A DNA stretch of 64,000 nucleotides from an uncultured Armatimonadetes bacterium (GCA_963716175.1 OY970296.1:2624001-2688000), one strand, 5' to 3'. Positions 10,302 through 20,609 are shown, counted from the stretch's first letter. Made by a program: numbers and translations. The notes: a model not told the origin generated them from the letters alone.

Positions 10302-11223
10302 CATGGCCAGAACGGCGGTGATCGTCCCCTGCTATAACTCCGAGCGCTACCTGCGCCCGGCGGTCGAGAGCGCCCTGGCTCAGGAGCAGCAGGACTGTGA
10401 GATCCTGTGCGTTGACAACGGCTCCTCCGACAGCACCCTGGCGATCCTCGAAAGCTATGGAGGCCGGGTTCGTGTGATCCACGAAACGCGGCGGGGCGCG
10501 CCCTGCGCCCGCAACGCTGGGATTCGCCAGGCCGACTCCGAGTTCGTCGCCTTTCTTGACTCCGACGATTACTGGGAGCCGGAGAAGCTGGCGCGCCAAT
10601 TGGAGGTGATGCGATCCCGGCCCGAGGTGGGCCTGGTGGCGACGGATTTCTGGGTGCGAACTGCGGGGTCGCGCGGAGAGCGGACCCTCGTCCGCTGTCC
10701 TCGCTCTGATCACCTGCGTGCGCTGTTCTGGGGATGTTGTCTCCACACCAGCACCTTGCTCATGCGGCGAGAGGTGCTAGACGAGGTGGGGTTGCTGGAT
10801 GAATCGCTGCCCATGAGCGATGACTACGACCTCTTGCTTCGCATTGCTGCGCGTTACCCGATCGCCACCGTGCCCGCGCCGCTCTCCACCTATCGGCTGC
10901 ACGAGGGCAGCCTCTCGCTGCGCAGCTTCGAGCAGACCATCGCCTGCACCGACCGCGTGATCACCTCCTTCTGTCAGCGCCATCCCGGGTTCCGGCGCCT
11001 CGCACCCAGGCGCAGGGCGCAGGAGCGGGTCCGCGTCGCTCGTCTACTGCTCACCCGCAACCGGGTGCTGGCGGCGCGGCTGAACTGGGAGGCGTTGCGA
11101 CTCGACCCCGGCCAATGGCAGGCCGGCCTGGGCCTCGGGCTGTGCGCGCTGCCGGCTCCCTATGGGCCGCTGCGCAAGTGCTCGCGGCTGCTTTCCGGGC
11201 TGCGCGCGGAGGCATGCAGATGA
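10294..11223 (+). CDS. Glycosyltransferase family 2
   Basis: VIVPCYN, VDNGSSD, FLDSDD, DDYDL. Start could be GTG 10294 or ATG 10303. Confidence 0.9.
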   Translation: MPDMARTAVIVPCYNSERYLRPAVESALAQEQQDCEILCVDNGSSDSTLAILESYGGRVRVIHETRRGAPCARNAGIRQADSEFVAFLDSDDYWEPEKLARQLEVMRSRPEVGLVATDFWVRTAGSRGERTLVRCPRSDHLRALFWGCCLHTSTLLMRREVLDEVGLLDESLPMSDDYDLLLRIAARYPIATVPAPLSTYRLHEGSLSLRSFEQTIACTDRVITSFCQRHPGFRRLAPRRRAQERVRVARLLLTRNRVLAARLNWEALRLDPGQWQAGLGLGLCALPAPYGPLRKCSRLLSGLRAEACR

Positions 11224-12584
11224 CCGCGCCGACGGGTGTGGAGCATGGCACGCAACGGCAGGAGGCAAGCTCCCTTCGACTGCGCTCAGGGCAGGCCTGC
11301 CCAGCCGGAGAGCTGCCGGCGCAGGTGGTGATGGTCTCCGCCCTCCCCTGGGCCGGGGTGCCTCATCGCCAGCACGAGCTGGCGGCCGGCCTGGCTAGGC
11401 GCCTCGATTGCATCTATCTGGAGCCACCGCGGGGGCCGAGTTGGCGCGCGCGTGGGATGGTGACAGAAAGCCCGGGAGCAAGTGGCAGGAGGCAAGCTCC
11501 CTTCGGCTTCGCTCAGGGCAGGCCTGCCCAACTGGGCGAGGGCCCGGAGTTCGGCGGGGAGGGACCCGCCGCGCGGCCGCGGGTGGCGCGCACTGCAACG
11601 CCTGTGCCCAAGCGGCTCTGGTATCTCTCCGCCGCCGCGGACAGGCTGCGATTCCGCCTCGCCTGGCAAGCTGTGGCGAGAGACCTGGCGCAGACTCCCG
11701 GTCGGCCGCGGCTGCTGTGGGTGGATGGGGGCAGTAGCGCCCCGGCCATCACGGCCGTGCCCCACGACCTGCTCGTCTACGACTGCGTTGATCTGGACTG
11801 GGCCTATTCTCACTTCGCCCCGCGCCGCGCCGCGCTGCGCGCCTGGCATGAGCTGCTGCTGGCACGGGCCGATCTGGTGTTCTTCTCCATGGGCGCCCTC
11901 TGCCAGGAACAGCAGGCCCGGCGAGGTGGCTGCCACTTCGTGCCCAATGCTTGCAGCCAATCTCACTTCGCCGCCGACCTGGCATGCCCGGCGCCCCTGC
12001 GCCCACTCCCATGGCCCCGGCTTGGATTCGTAGGAGCGATGCTCGCCAGGCGCTTCGATTGCGACCTGATCGCCAACCTCGCTCGCCACCACCCGGAGTG
12101 GCACTTCCCATTGGTGGGAGAGGCCGACCAGGCGGTGCGGGCCGCACTCGCCGGCCTGGAGAACGTGCATCTCCTGGGCCGGCAGCCTCACCCCGAGATG
12201 CCGGCTTATCTCGCCCACTTCGATGTCTGCCTGCTCCCCAACCGCGTGGACACCGAGCTTAGCTACTGTTTTCCCAAGAAGCTCTGGGAGTATCTGGCGG
12301 CCGGCAAGCCGGTGGTCTCCACCGCCATTCCCGAGGCGCTTCCGCTGCAAGGCCTGGTCCGCGTCGGGCACACCCGCCAGGAGTTCGCGCGCCAGGTGCA
12401 GGCGGCGCTGATGGAGGAAGCTGACCCCGCGTCTGCCGCACAGTCGCGGGCCAGGCGCCGCGAGCTGGCGCAGGAGAATACCTGGGACCAACGCGTGGAG
12501 CAGATCGTCCAGATTCTGCGTGTCGAGCTGGGCCGGCGCGGCATCGTGCCCCGCCCTGTGGACGGGGAGAGCCATCATGCCTGA
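11220..12584 (+). CDS. GT-B glycosyltransferase (GT4 / TuaH-like) containing in-frame repeat insertions
   Basis: HRQHELA, VYDCVD, VPNA, ENVHLLG, FDVCLLP, PKKLWEYLAAGKPVVST, ENTWDQRV. Confidence 0.88.
   Translation: MTAPTGVEHGTQRQEASSLRLRSGQACPAGELPAQVVMVSALPWAGVPHRQHELAAGLARRLDCIYLEPPRGPSWRARGMVTESPGASGRRQAPFGFAQGRPAQLGEGPEFGGEGPAARPRVARTATPVPKRLWYLSAAADRLRFRLAWQAVARDLAQTPGRPRLLWVDGGSSAPAITAVPHDLLVYDCVDLDWAYSHFAPRRAALRAWHELLLARADLVFFSMGALCQEQQARRGGCHFVPNACSQSHFAADLACPAPLRPLPWPRLGFVGAMLARRFDCDLIANLARHHPEWHFPLVGEADQAVRAALAGLENVHLLGRQPHPEMPAYLAHFDVCLLPNRVDTELSYCFPKKLWEYLAAGKPVVSTAIPEALPLQGLVRVGHTRQEFARQVQAALMEEADPASAAQSRARRRELAQENTWDQRVEQIVQILRVELGRRGIVPRPVDGESHHA
11257..11530. repeat. Two 47 bp REP-like direct repeats (11257-11303, 11484-11530)
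   Basis: GGCAGGAGGCAAGCTCCCTTCG(A/G)CT(G/T)CGCTCAGGGCAGGCCTGCCCA, with two mismatches between copies. Confidence 0.85.
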
Positions 12585-13515
12585 TCTCGTCATCATCACC
12601 GTCAGCTACAACACGCGCGGCCTGCTCCAGCGCTGTCTGTCGGCGCTGCGGCCTCACTGGCTGCGGCTGGCCGCCCAGGTGGTGGTGGTGGACAACGCTT
12701 CCGGCGATGGCAGCGCGGCCATGGTGTCGGCTGAGTTCCCCGAGGTCACGCTGATTGCCAACCCCGGGAACGTGGGCTTCGCCAAGGCGAACAATCAGGC
12801 GATTGCAGCCACGGATTCGCGCTATCTCTTGCTGCTGAATAGCGACGCCTTCCTGGTGGGCGATGCCGCGGAGAGGCTGCGCGTCGGCTTGGAGGCGAAC
12901 CCGCATGCCGCCGCCGCGGGCCCGCGCATGTGCGATGGGCAGGGAAGGGTGCTCGCCTCCGCGCACGCCTTCGAGAGCTTGCCCCGACTCGCCGGCTCCG
13001 CCCTCCACGTCTCGCGGCTACTCCCGGAGCGCCTGCTGGACGCCGCCGCCCCCCTGCTGGGGCGAGCCGGGGGGCAGCACTTGCTCAACTACCAGGCGAC
13101 CTGTCCAGTGAACGTGGACTGGGTCTCTGGGGCCTGCATGCTGGTGAGAAGATCGGCGGTGGAGCGGGTGGGCCTGCTGGATGAGGGCTTCTTCATGTAC
13201 ATGGAGGACGAGGATTGGTGCCGGCGTTTCCGCCAGGCCGGATACGAGGTGCTCTATCTGCCACAGGCCGAGGCCATCCACTACGTAGCCCGGTCCTCCG
13301 GCGGCAACCTGCAGAGCGCGCTCCGCTACCGCAAGAGCCGCCTGCGCTACCATCGCCGCTATCATCCCCGTCTCTATCCGGCCTTCTGGCTGCTGGCAAA
13401 CTGCTACACCCTGCGGCAGGGCGGGGTGGCGGGGCTGGTGGATTGGGTTAGCCGGAGGCGTCCGGTGGGCATGCCGACTGCAGGCATACCAGCCCTACGG
13501 GAAGCTGAGCGATGA
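12577..13515 (+). CDS. Glycosyltransferase family 2 (WbbL/rhamnosyltransferase-like)
   Basis: VSYN, VDNASGDGS, NVGFAKANN, LLLNSD, VDWVSGACML, LDEGFFMYMEDEDWC. Confidence 0.9.
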   Translation: MPDLVIITVSYNTRGLLQRCLSALRPHWLRLAAQVVVVDNASGDGSAAMVSAEFPEVTLIANPGNVGFAKANNQAIAATDSRYLLLLNSDAFLVGDAAERLRVGLEANPHAAAAGPRMCDGQGRVLASAHAFESLPRLAGSALHVSRLLPERLLDAAAPLLGRAGGQHLLNYQATCPVNVDWVSGACMLVRRSAVERVGLLDEGFFMYMEDEDWCRRFRQAGYEVLYLPQAEAIHYVARSSGGNLQSALRYRKSRLRYHRRYHPRLYPAFWLLANCYTLRQGGVAGLVDWVSRRRPVGMPTAGIPALREAER

Positions 13516-14787
13516 GACTCACCATCGTGAACAGCGGCGCACCAGGCACCGCTTCCGTGCTGGCCCCGTTCTTCGAAGCGGTGGCGGAGGAGCCCGGCGT
13601 CGAGCTGGTGGTGTTGGAGCAGACGCCGGCCCGCGAGTGCAGTCGCGTGGCGGCAGGGCCGGTTCCCTGCGGTCGCTATCGCCTATTCAGGTTGCCGACC
13701 TACTGCTATCAGCGGCGCCATGCCTGCGCCCAAGTGCTGGCGCCGGGGTACCGTCGGCTGCTCGCCGCTAGCCAACCTCACGTCATCTGATGTTCTGGGG
13801 GAGCCGGGGTATCTGAGTACCTTTCAGGTGATGAGATCCGCGTGGCACTGGCTCCCCCAGACCAAGCTCTGCCTGCTCGCCGCTCAGAATGTGTATCAAC
13901 GCTTCCCTCCGCCATTCCCGTTGATGGAGCGCCATGTGCTGGCGCACCTTGACCACGCCTTCGTCCTGGGGCGCGATCATGAGCAGGTGCTCCGGCGCAA
14001 GGGCTATCGCGGCCCAGCCACTCCTCTGCCACTCGGGGTAGACACCCAGACCTTTGCGCCCGATGGGCCCCGCCTGCTTCCGGGAAGGCTGCATCTGCAG
14101 CGGCCGGTCGTGGGATACGTGGGGGATTTCCTGCCCGCGCGCAATCTGCCATTGCTGATCGAGGCGGTGAGCCAGCGCCGCAGCCCGGCGGGCCTCCTCC
14201 TGGTCGGTGACGGTGCCAGCAGGCCTCGGTTGGAGAGCCTGGCGAGCCGGAGAGGGCTGGATGGCAAGGCGAAGTTCGTGGGGCGCGTGCCTCACGCTCA
14301 GGTGCCAGCCTACCTCAATGCTATGGACATTTTCGTGCTTCCGAGCAAGCCGGTGCGCAACCGCTGCTTCGGCCTCTTCCACATCGCCAACGCCGAGCAG
14401 TTCGGCCGCGTCCTGGTGGAGGCGATGGCCTGCGGCAAACCCGTGGTGGGATCCTCCTGCGGTGAGATCCCCCATGTCATCGGCAACGCCGGGAGAGTGT
14501 TCCCGGAAGGAGACGTAGCCGCGCTGACCCGGGTCCTGGATGAGCTGTGTTCCGATCTGTCGTTGCGGGAACAGCTGGGCCAGCGAGGCCTGACTCGCGC
14601 CCGTGCCCACTACGACTGGCGCGTGATCGCCGCGCGCTTCCTGGCCGAGGTGCAGAAGATGCTGGCGCCAGTGCCCGCCGGCCCGCCCCGTGTAGGGCGG
14701 GCGTGCCTCCGCCCGCCACCCGCCCCCCGGGGCACGGAGGCCTGGGCTAGGGAGAAGGTCGGCGCAGGCGGTAGAGCTGCTCGATGA
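13512..14787 (+). pseudogene. Glycosyltransferase family 4, frameshifted near 13788 as assembled
   Basis: N-terminal ORF 13512-13790 ends at QPHVI. The next frame continues DVLGEP...PLGVD...EQFGRVLVEAMACGKPVVGS. Removing one T in GTCATCTGATGTT restores the frame. Confidence 0.85.
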
Positions 14788-16294
14788 CCTGCTCCTCCCC
14801 GAGGCGGTACTCCACCCGAGCCGATGGCATCAGGTCAGCGGTTTCCCGGGGCCGGCGCGCCAGCGCGGCCAACTCCGGGTGGTCGCGCGTATTCACCACC
14901 ATGAACGCCGCCTGGTGATAGTGAGCATACCGCAGCACGCGCTCCAGCGGCGCCCAGGGGACTGCAAGATAGTCTCTCTCCGCGCGGAAAGCGAGCGCGT
15001 GATCCCCCAAGATCGGCCCGGGCGCGTCCGGTGTCTGCTGCACCGCCGCGGTGAGGGCGTTGATGCTGACACTTTGGCCGCTGGCCATAAGAGAGCCATT
15101 CGCCCCCAGCATCCAGAGGAAGGTGCCAGCCAACGCTGCGTAGGTGATGGCGAGGCGTGACCATCCCAGCGAAGGCGCATCCTCCGGTAGTTTCTCGCTG
15201 CCCGCGGGCGCGGCCAGCAGGATGGGCAGCACCGAGGACAGCAGCAGCATCCGTTTCTCGACGAAGAACAGCGGCAGCAGCAGGAGCGGGGCCGCCAGCG
15301 CCAGCGTCACCGGCCAGGCGAGAGCACTGCGCCGCCTCCATGCCCCCGAACTCAGGCCCAGGCCTACGCACGCCACCAGAAACGGGCTCACCATATTGGT
15401 CAGCAGCTCCAGCTCGTGCTGGGCGTTCCGGGCCACGCGATTGGCGGCGGCCCTCAGGCTGGTGGTGGGCGCTGGCAGCGAGATGGTGGTGTCGTCGGCA
15501 GACAGGGTGCTCAGGCGCTCCCACGGCGTGTCGGCGGTCCGCCCCTCGGCCACCGCCAGGTTGACGTCTACTTTGCCGCTCAACTGCCAGCGGCCGGTGT
15601 GGACGTGCAGGTAGTTCAGGTACGGAAACGAGACTGCCACGAAGCCGGCCATGATCAGGGCGAATCGCCTCCAGGATGGCGCTTGCTTGAGGCCGGCGAG
15701 CAGCGCACCCAGCGCCGCCACCCCGAATATCGCCAGGCCCTCGGTGCGCGTCAGATAGCCGGCCCCCAGCAACGCTCCGCAGACCAGCCCCAGCCGCGGC
15801 CGCCGACTGGAGGCCACCCACACCAGCAGGCCGGCCAGCACCAGGGCAACATAGACGCTCTCGCTCCACACCATGGCCGAGGTCATCACCCGTACCGGCA
15901 GCAGCGCGAACAGCCATGCGGCGATGATCGCCGGTCTGCCGGGGGAGAAGACAGTGGCCAGCAAGTAGACGAGCAGGATGGCGAGCAGGGAGGCCGCGAG
16001 GGAGATCGTCCTCCCGGCCGTAACCGGGTCCCGCACTACCCGGTCGAGGCCTCCGATGAGCAGGGGGTAGAGGGGAGGGAAGACAAGCTGGTCATCACCC
16101 GCGAGACTCTTGAAGCCCTGTCCGCGCCACAGGGTCTGCCCGCCTCGCATGTAATCGAAGCTGTCCGGAGTGGTGGGCGCAGCAGCGCGGGAATAGGCGA
16201 GGCTGAGCAGCAGCCCCATTGCCAGCGCACCACCGACCCAGGCGCGTGTTCTCCACGCGGCTGACGGCCCTCGGGCCTCGTGTAATGAGTTCAC
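14747..16294 (-). CDS. GT-C (ArnT/PMT-like, family 39) membrane glycosyltransferase
   Basis: PDSFDY, FPPLYPLLI, WSESVY, YLTRTEG and multiple TMs. GTG start at 16294 follows GGAGGG. Confidence 0.75.
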   Translation of the reverse strand: MNSLHEARGPSAAWRTRAWVGGALAMGLLLSLAYSRAAAPTTPDSFDYMRGGQTLWRGQGFKSLAGDDQLVFPPLYPLLIGGLDRVVRDPVTAGRTISLAASLLAILLVYLLATVFSPGRPAIIAAWLFALLPVRVMTSAMVWSESVYVALVLAGLLVWVASSRRPRLGLVCGALLGAGYLTRTEGLAIFGVAALGALLAGLKQAPSWRRFALIMAGFVAVSFPYLNYLHVHTGRWQLSGKVDVNLAVAEGRTADTPWERLSTLSADDTTISLPAPTTSLRAAANRVARNAQHELELLTNMVSPFLVACVGLGLSSGAWRRRSALAWPVTLALAAPLLLLPLFFVEKRMLLLSSVLPILLAAPAGSEKLPEDAPSLGWSRLAITYAALAGTFLWMLGANGSLMASGQSVSINALTAAVQQTPDAPGPILGDHALAFRAERDYLAVPWAPLERVLRYAHYHQAAFMVVNTRDHPELAALARRPRETADLMPSARVEYRLGEEQVIEQLYRLRRPSP

Positions 16295-16440
16295 CTGTCC
16301 CTCCGAGAGGCGAGCAAGCTGCTGGTCGTCTTCGGCGCACTCTCCCAGCCTCCTGGCGCCGCTTGACCGACTTGGCGTCCCTTGTGTTACACTCTGGCCT
16401 GCAGCTTGCACCCATGATCGCGCGATGTGAATATGAGACG

Positions 16441-18378
16441 ATGGCCGATCCCGCAGTTGCTGCCGGCAGTGACCAGCGCCGCACGCCCATCAGAGCCCGC
16501 GCCTTGGTGGCGATACTGCTGTTGGTGCCGAGCCTGATCCTCCTGATGGTCTGGGGGAACTGGCTGGTGGGCGGCAACGGGCCCATGGATTCCCTCAACG
16601 GCCCTGCGGTGGCCTTGCTCTTCCTCCTGACGGCGCTGAATCTCATTCTGAAACGCCGCAAGCCGGCCTGGGCCTTCTCCGCCGGGGAGCTGATCGTCGT
16701 CTACGTGGTGGTCGCCGCAGCCGCCGGCATAACCGGAAACGTCTGGAGTTGGGGCGGCAACCTCGCCCCCAACCTCGCCTATCCCATCTGGCAAGCCGGC
16801 CCGGCCAACCGCTGGGCCGAGATCATGTGGCCGAACCTCCCTGTTGGGCTGACGCCGGTGGACCGGGACGCACTCCAGGGGTTCTTTCTGGGGAGCACCA
16901 GCCCTTATCAGCGCGACATCCTGCTGACCTGGGCCGTACCCGCCCTATGGTGGACCGGCTGGGTCACCGCCACCCTCTGGGTGACCCTCTGTTTCAGCGT
17001 CATCATCCGCCGCCGCTGGTCTGAGGAGGAAAAGCTCCCCTTCCCCATGACCCTGCTGCCCATTCACCTGACCGACCCGCAGCAGGGGCTCTTCCGCAGC
17101 CCCCTGTGGTGGATCGGGCTGGGCGGCTCGGCCGCGCTTGGTGTCCTCGACCTGGTGAGTTCCTTCGTCCCCACCATCCCCACCGTTCCCACCTACCTGG
17201 ACATCAGCACCTTCCTCACCAACAACAAACCCTGGGACGCCATCCGCACCACCTCCCTGAGCTGGGGACCGTGGCAGCTGGGCCTCACCTATCTCATGCC
17301 CGCCGACCTCGCTTTCTCCCTCATCGTGTTCAACCTGTTCTGGCGCGCCGAGTACGTGTCGTCCCGGATGGGCGGGTGGCTGACCGATGCCTGGGGCGGA
17401 TTCCCCTATGGCGACCAGCAGGTGATCGGCGCTTATCTATCACTGATGGTCTCCGTGCTCTGGCTTGACCGCCGCTACCTGGTTCAGGTGCTGCGCCGCG
17501 CCTTCGGGCTGTACTCTCATGCCAGGGAGAGCGGGGAGGCCTTCAGCTATCGCACCGCCGTCTTCGGAGGCATGGCGGGGCTGGGCTATCTCTGCTGGTT
17601 CTACGTCCGGAGCGGCATGAGCCCGGTCATCGCAGTTTCCTTCATCGCGCTGTTCTTCATCATGGTGATGGCCATGATCCGGATGCGAGCCCACATCGGG
17701 CCGCCCAGCCACTGGATGTACGGCACCATGCCGGAGTTCGTGCTCACCCAGTTTCCGGGGACTCGCGCCCTGGGGCCGCGCGCGCTGGGCATGATCGCCC
17801 TGATGCGGCCTTTCATGTACGAGCAGGATACCGAGGCGGCACCCATCCAGCTCGAGGCGCTGCGCATGGCCGAGCGCACCGCCACGAACCCCACTCCTCT
17901 CGCCTGGATCATGATCGCCGCCATTCCCCTCACCATCCTCTCCTACTTCTGGGCCAGCCTCCAGATCGGCTACCATCTGGGCCTCGGGGCCAAAGGTTAC
18001 CAGGACATGACCTTCGTCTGCCGCCAGGGCTCGGACAAGCTCGACTTCTGGTTGCACGACCCCGGCGGCGCCAACTGGAGTGGAGTGCGGGCGATCGGGC
18101 TCGGGTTTGCCATCACCGTGCTGCTGATGGTGATCAAGCTCAGGTTTCCCCTGTGGCCTCTTCACCCCCTGGCCTTCCCGCTCGCCTTCAGTTGGACCAT
18201 AGACTCGCTCCTGCCGGCGGTGTTCGTCACCTGGCTGGCCAAAGCCCTGCTGCTCCGCTATGGCGGGCTGCGCGCCCACCGCCGGGCCTTCCCCTTCTTC
18301 CTGGGTCTCATCGTCGGCAGCGGCACCATCTCCTTTCTCCAACTGCTCCTGTTCCGGGCTTTGGGCATCGCCAGGTAG
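16441..18378 (+). CDS. Polytopic membrane protein, DUF6785/DUF6784-like (putative transporter)
   Basis: GELIVVY, RRRWSEEEKLPFP, WPLHPLAF, KALLLRYGG and PFFLGLIVG motifs, with more than 12 TMs. Confidence 0.7.
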   Translation: MADPAVAAGSDQRRTPIRARALVAILLLVPSLILLMVWGNWLVGGNGPMDSLNGPAVALLFLLTALNLILKRRKPAWAFSAGELIVVYVVVAAAAGITGNVWSWGGNLAPNLAYPIWQAGPANRWAEIMWPNLPVGLTPVDRDALQGFFLGSTSPYQRDILLTWAVPALWWTGWVTATLWVTLCFSVIIRRRWSEEEKLPFPMTLLPIHLTDPQQGLFRSPLWWIGLGGSAALGVLDLVSSFVPTIPTVPTYLDISTFLTNNKPWDAIRTTSLSWGPWQLGLTYLMPADLAFSLIVFNLFWRAEYVSSRMGGWLTDAWGGFPYGDQQVIGAYLSLMVSVLWLDRRYLVQVLRRAFGLYSHARESGEAFSYRTAVFGGMAGLGYLCWFYVRSGMSPVIAVSFIALFFIMVMAMIRMRAHIGPPSHWMYGTMPEFVLTQFPGTRALGPRALGMIALMRPFMYEQDTEAAPIQLEALRMAERTATNPTPLAWIMIAAIPLTILSYFWASLQIGYHLGLGAKGYQDMTFVCRQGSDKLDFWLHDPGGANWSGVRAIGLGFAITVLLMVIKLRFPLWPLHPLAFPLAFSWTIDSLLPAVFVTWLAKALLLRYGGLRAHRRAFPFFLGLIVGSGTISFLQLLLFRALGIAR

Positions 18379-18456
18379 CCCAGTCGGCGGCAGGACGCGG
18401 CCGCGGCCGGCAGAAGTAGCGTTCCAGGTAGCAGAACCCCATCTACTGGAGGCGCC

Positions 18457-19494
18457 ATGAAGCAGGAGCGATTCGATCGCAGCAGCCTGAGGCTGCGGCC
18501 GCTGTCCGAGCGGACGCACGATATGACTGTGAGCGATGTGCTCCCGCTCGACGCCCCGCTGCCGCGGTTCGAGCATCCAGACCTGCCGAAGCTGGCAGAC
18601 CGGATGGTGCAGGCGCGGCGGGCCGAGCGCGAGGTGATCGTGCTCATGGGCGCGCATGTGATCAAGCAGGGCCTCTCTCGCTTTGTGATTGACCTGATGC
18701 AGCGAGGGGTTATCACTTGCCTGGGCATGAACGGCGCCTGCGTGATCCACGATTACGAGCTGGCGCGGGTCGGGGGCACCACGGAGAGCGTCGCCCGCTA
18801 TATCCGCACTGGCGAGTTCGGCCTGTGGCAGGAGACCGGGGAGATCAACGACATCGTCAACGCGGCCGGACCAGAGAAAGGTTTCGGCGCTGCGATAGGG
18901 GAGGCCATCGCACGGCAGGCGTTGCCGGCCTTCACCGGTTGTCATCGCGAGCGCAGCGAAGGGGCCCGCCTCTCTGACTGCGTGCCCTTCCCTCATGCCG
19001 ACGTCAGCCTCCTCGCTGCAGCCCATCGCCTGGGCCTTCCCGCCACCGTCCACGTGGGCATCGGCTACGATATCATCCACGAGCACCCAAACTTCGATGG
19101 CGCCAAGACCGGCGCGGCCTCCTACCACGACTTCCTCACCTTCGCGGAGCACATCCGCCGCCTGGAGGGCGGCGTTTTCGTCTGTCTGGGCAGCGCGGTG
19201 ATGGGGCCCGAGGTCTATCTGAAGGCCCTGGCCATGGCGCGCAATGTCGAGCGCCAGGAGGGCCGCGAGATCCGCCGCATCACCACCGCGGTCTTCGATC
19301 TTGCCGACCTGGGCGATGACATCCACCAGGAACCCCGCAAGACCGACGCCCGCTACTACTTCCGTCCTCTGAAGACAGTGCTGATCCGCACCGTGGCCGA
19401 TGGCGGGGAGAGCTTCTACATCAGGGGAGACATGCAGGCGACGCTGCCGGCCCTGCATCGCGCAGTGATCGCTCGCATCGGGCAATCGGCGTGA
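18457..19494 (+). CDS. Conserved protein with deoxyhypusine-synthase-like fold, function unknown
   Basis: MGAHVIKQGL, MNGACVIHDYE, PATVHVGIGYDIIHEHP, GSAVMGPEVYLKAL. Confidence 0.6.
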   Translation: MKQERFDRSSLRLRPLSERTHDMTVSDVLPLDAPLPRFEHPDLPKLADRMVQARRAEREVIVLMGAHVIKQGLSRFVIDLMQRGVITCLGMNGACVIHDYELARVGGTTESVARYIRTGEFGLWQETGEINDIVNAAGPEKGFGAAIGEAIARQALPAFTGCHRERSEGARLSDCVPFPHADVSLLAAAHRLGLPATVHVGIGYDIIHEHPNFDGAKTGAASYHDFLTFAEHIRRLEGGVFVCLGSAVMGPEVYLKALAMARNVERQEGREIRRITTAVFDLADLGDDIHQEPRKTDARYYFRPLKTVLIRTVADGGESFYIRGDMQATLPALHRAVIARIGQSA

Positions 19495-20543
19495 CTAGGC
19501 AGCGCCTGGAGGCCATCGTCTCCGGCTTCTCCCGCGCCGCCATCGCCGTGGTCGGCGACTTCTTCCTCGACAAGTACCTGGAGACCGACCCTGCCCTCAG
19601 CGAGACCTCCCTCGAAACCGGCCTGGAGGCGCGGCAGGTGGTGGAGGTACGCTGTCAGCCGGGAGCGGCCGGCACCGTGGTCTCGAATCTGTACACGCTG
19701 GGGGCGGGCCGGGTGATCTGCATCGGCTTCGTCGGGGACGATGGCGAGGGGTTCGAGCTGACCAGGGGCCTGCGGCGGATGGGAGCGGAGACGGACCACC
19801 TCCTGATCCGAGGCGACCGGTTCACGCCCACCTACTGCAAGCCAATGGTGCGCCAGGCTGATGGGCGCCTCCGGGAACTGGAACGCCTCGACACCAAGAA
19901 CCGGGAGCCGCTGCCCAAAGACCTGGAGGAGGCCCTGATCACTGCACTGCGCGGGGTGGCGCCGGAGGTCAACGCGGTGATCGCGCAGGACCAGGTCCAG
20001 GAGCCGGATTGCGGGGTGATTACCGCGCGCATGAGAGGGGCGCTGGCCGAACTGGGGGAGGCCTACCCAAGCGTGGTCTGGTTCGGCGACTCGCGGGCGC
20101 GCATCGGGCAATACCGCAATCTCTCGGTGAAGCCGAACCGGGAGGAGGCGTGCGGCGCAGTGCACCCCGGCACGCCGGCCCATGACATCGAAGGAGCAAT
20201 GAAGTGCGCGGCGGCGCTCAGCGCCCGCGTGGGGCGCCCGGTGTACCTGACTCTAGGAGCCGAGGGGATGGCGCTGGTCACACCCGAGAAGGCGCAACTG
20301 CTCCCTACCGCGCGCCTGGAGGGCGAACTCGACATCGTGGGCGCGGGCAACAGCGCGACTGCCGGCATCGTCTCCGCGCTGTGCGCGGGGGCAACGCGGG
20401 AAGAGGCTGGCCTCATGGGCAACATCGTCGCCTCGATCACCGTCCAGCAGATCGGGACGACGGGGACCGCGACGCAAGCGCAGGTGCGGGAGCAGTTCGC
20501 GCGGCACCAGTCCGTGTGGCGCGACCTGCCCCCCGCGAGATAA
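19491..20543 (+). CDS. PfkB-family carbohydrate kinase (RfaE/HldE kinase-domain-like)
   Basis: VVGDFFLDKY, PGAAGTV, KPNREE, TLGAEG, DIVGAGNS. GTGA overlap with the upstream gene. Confidence 0.8.
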   Translation: MTRQRLEAIVSGFSRAAIAVVGDFFLDKYLETDPALSETSLETGLEARQVVEVRCQPGAAGTVVSNLYTLGAGRVICIGFVGDDGEGFELTRGLRRMGAETDHLLIRGDRFTPTYCKPMVRQADGRLRELERLDTKNREPLPKDLEEALITALRGVAPEVNAVIAQDQVQEPDCGVITARMRGALAELGEAYPSVVWFGDSRARIGQYRNLSVKPNREEACGAVHPGTPAHDIEGAMKCAAALSARVGRPVYLTLGAEGMALVTPEKAQLLPTARLEGELDIVGAGNSATAGIVSALCAGATREEAGLMGNIVASITVQQIGTTGTATQAQVREQFARHQSVWRDLPPAR

Positions 20544-20548
20544 AGAAT

Positions 20549-20600
20549 GCAGAGGCGCAGAGAGCTGTCTTGTGCTCCGCGTTCTCCGCGCCTTTGCGGT
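20549..20600. repeat. Imperfect inverted repeat between convergent genes (possible bidirectional terminator)
   Basis: GCAGAGGCGCAGAGA pairs with TCTCCGCGCCTTTGC. Confidence 0.55.
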
Positions 20601-20609
20601 GGAATGCGG

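Noticed and set aside
17440-19485. Long antisense ORFs (this one, also 2504-4096, 11286-12599, 20547-21809, 28778-30043, 30887-32380, 48719-50245)
   Set aside because: They are shadow frames of well-supported genes in high-GC DNA and contain no recognisable motifs.
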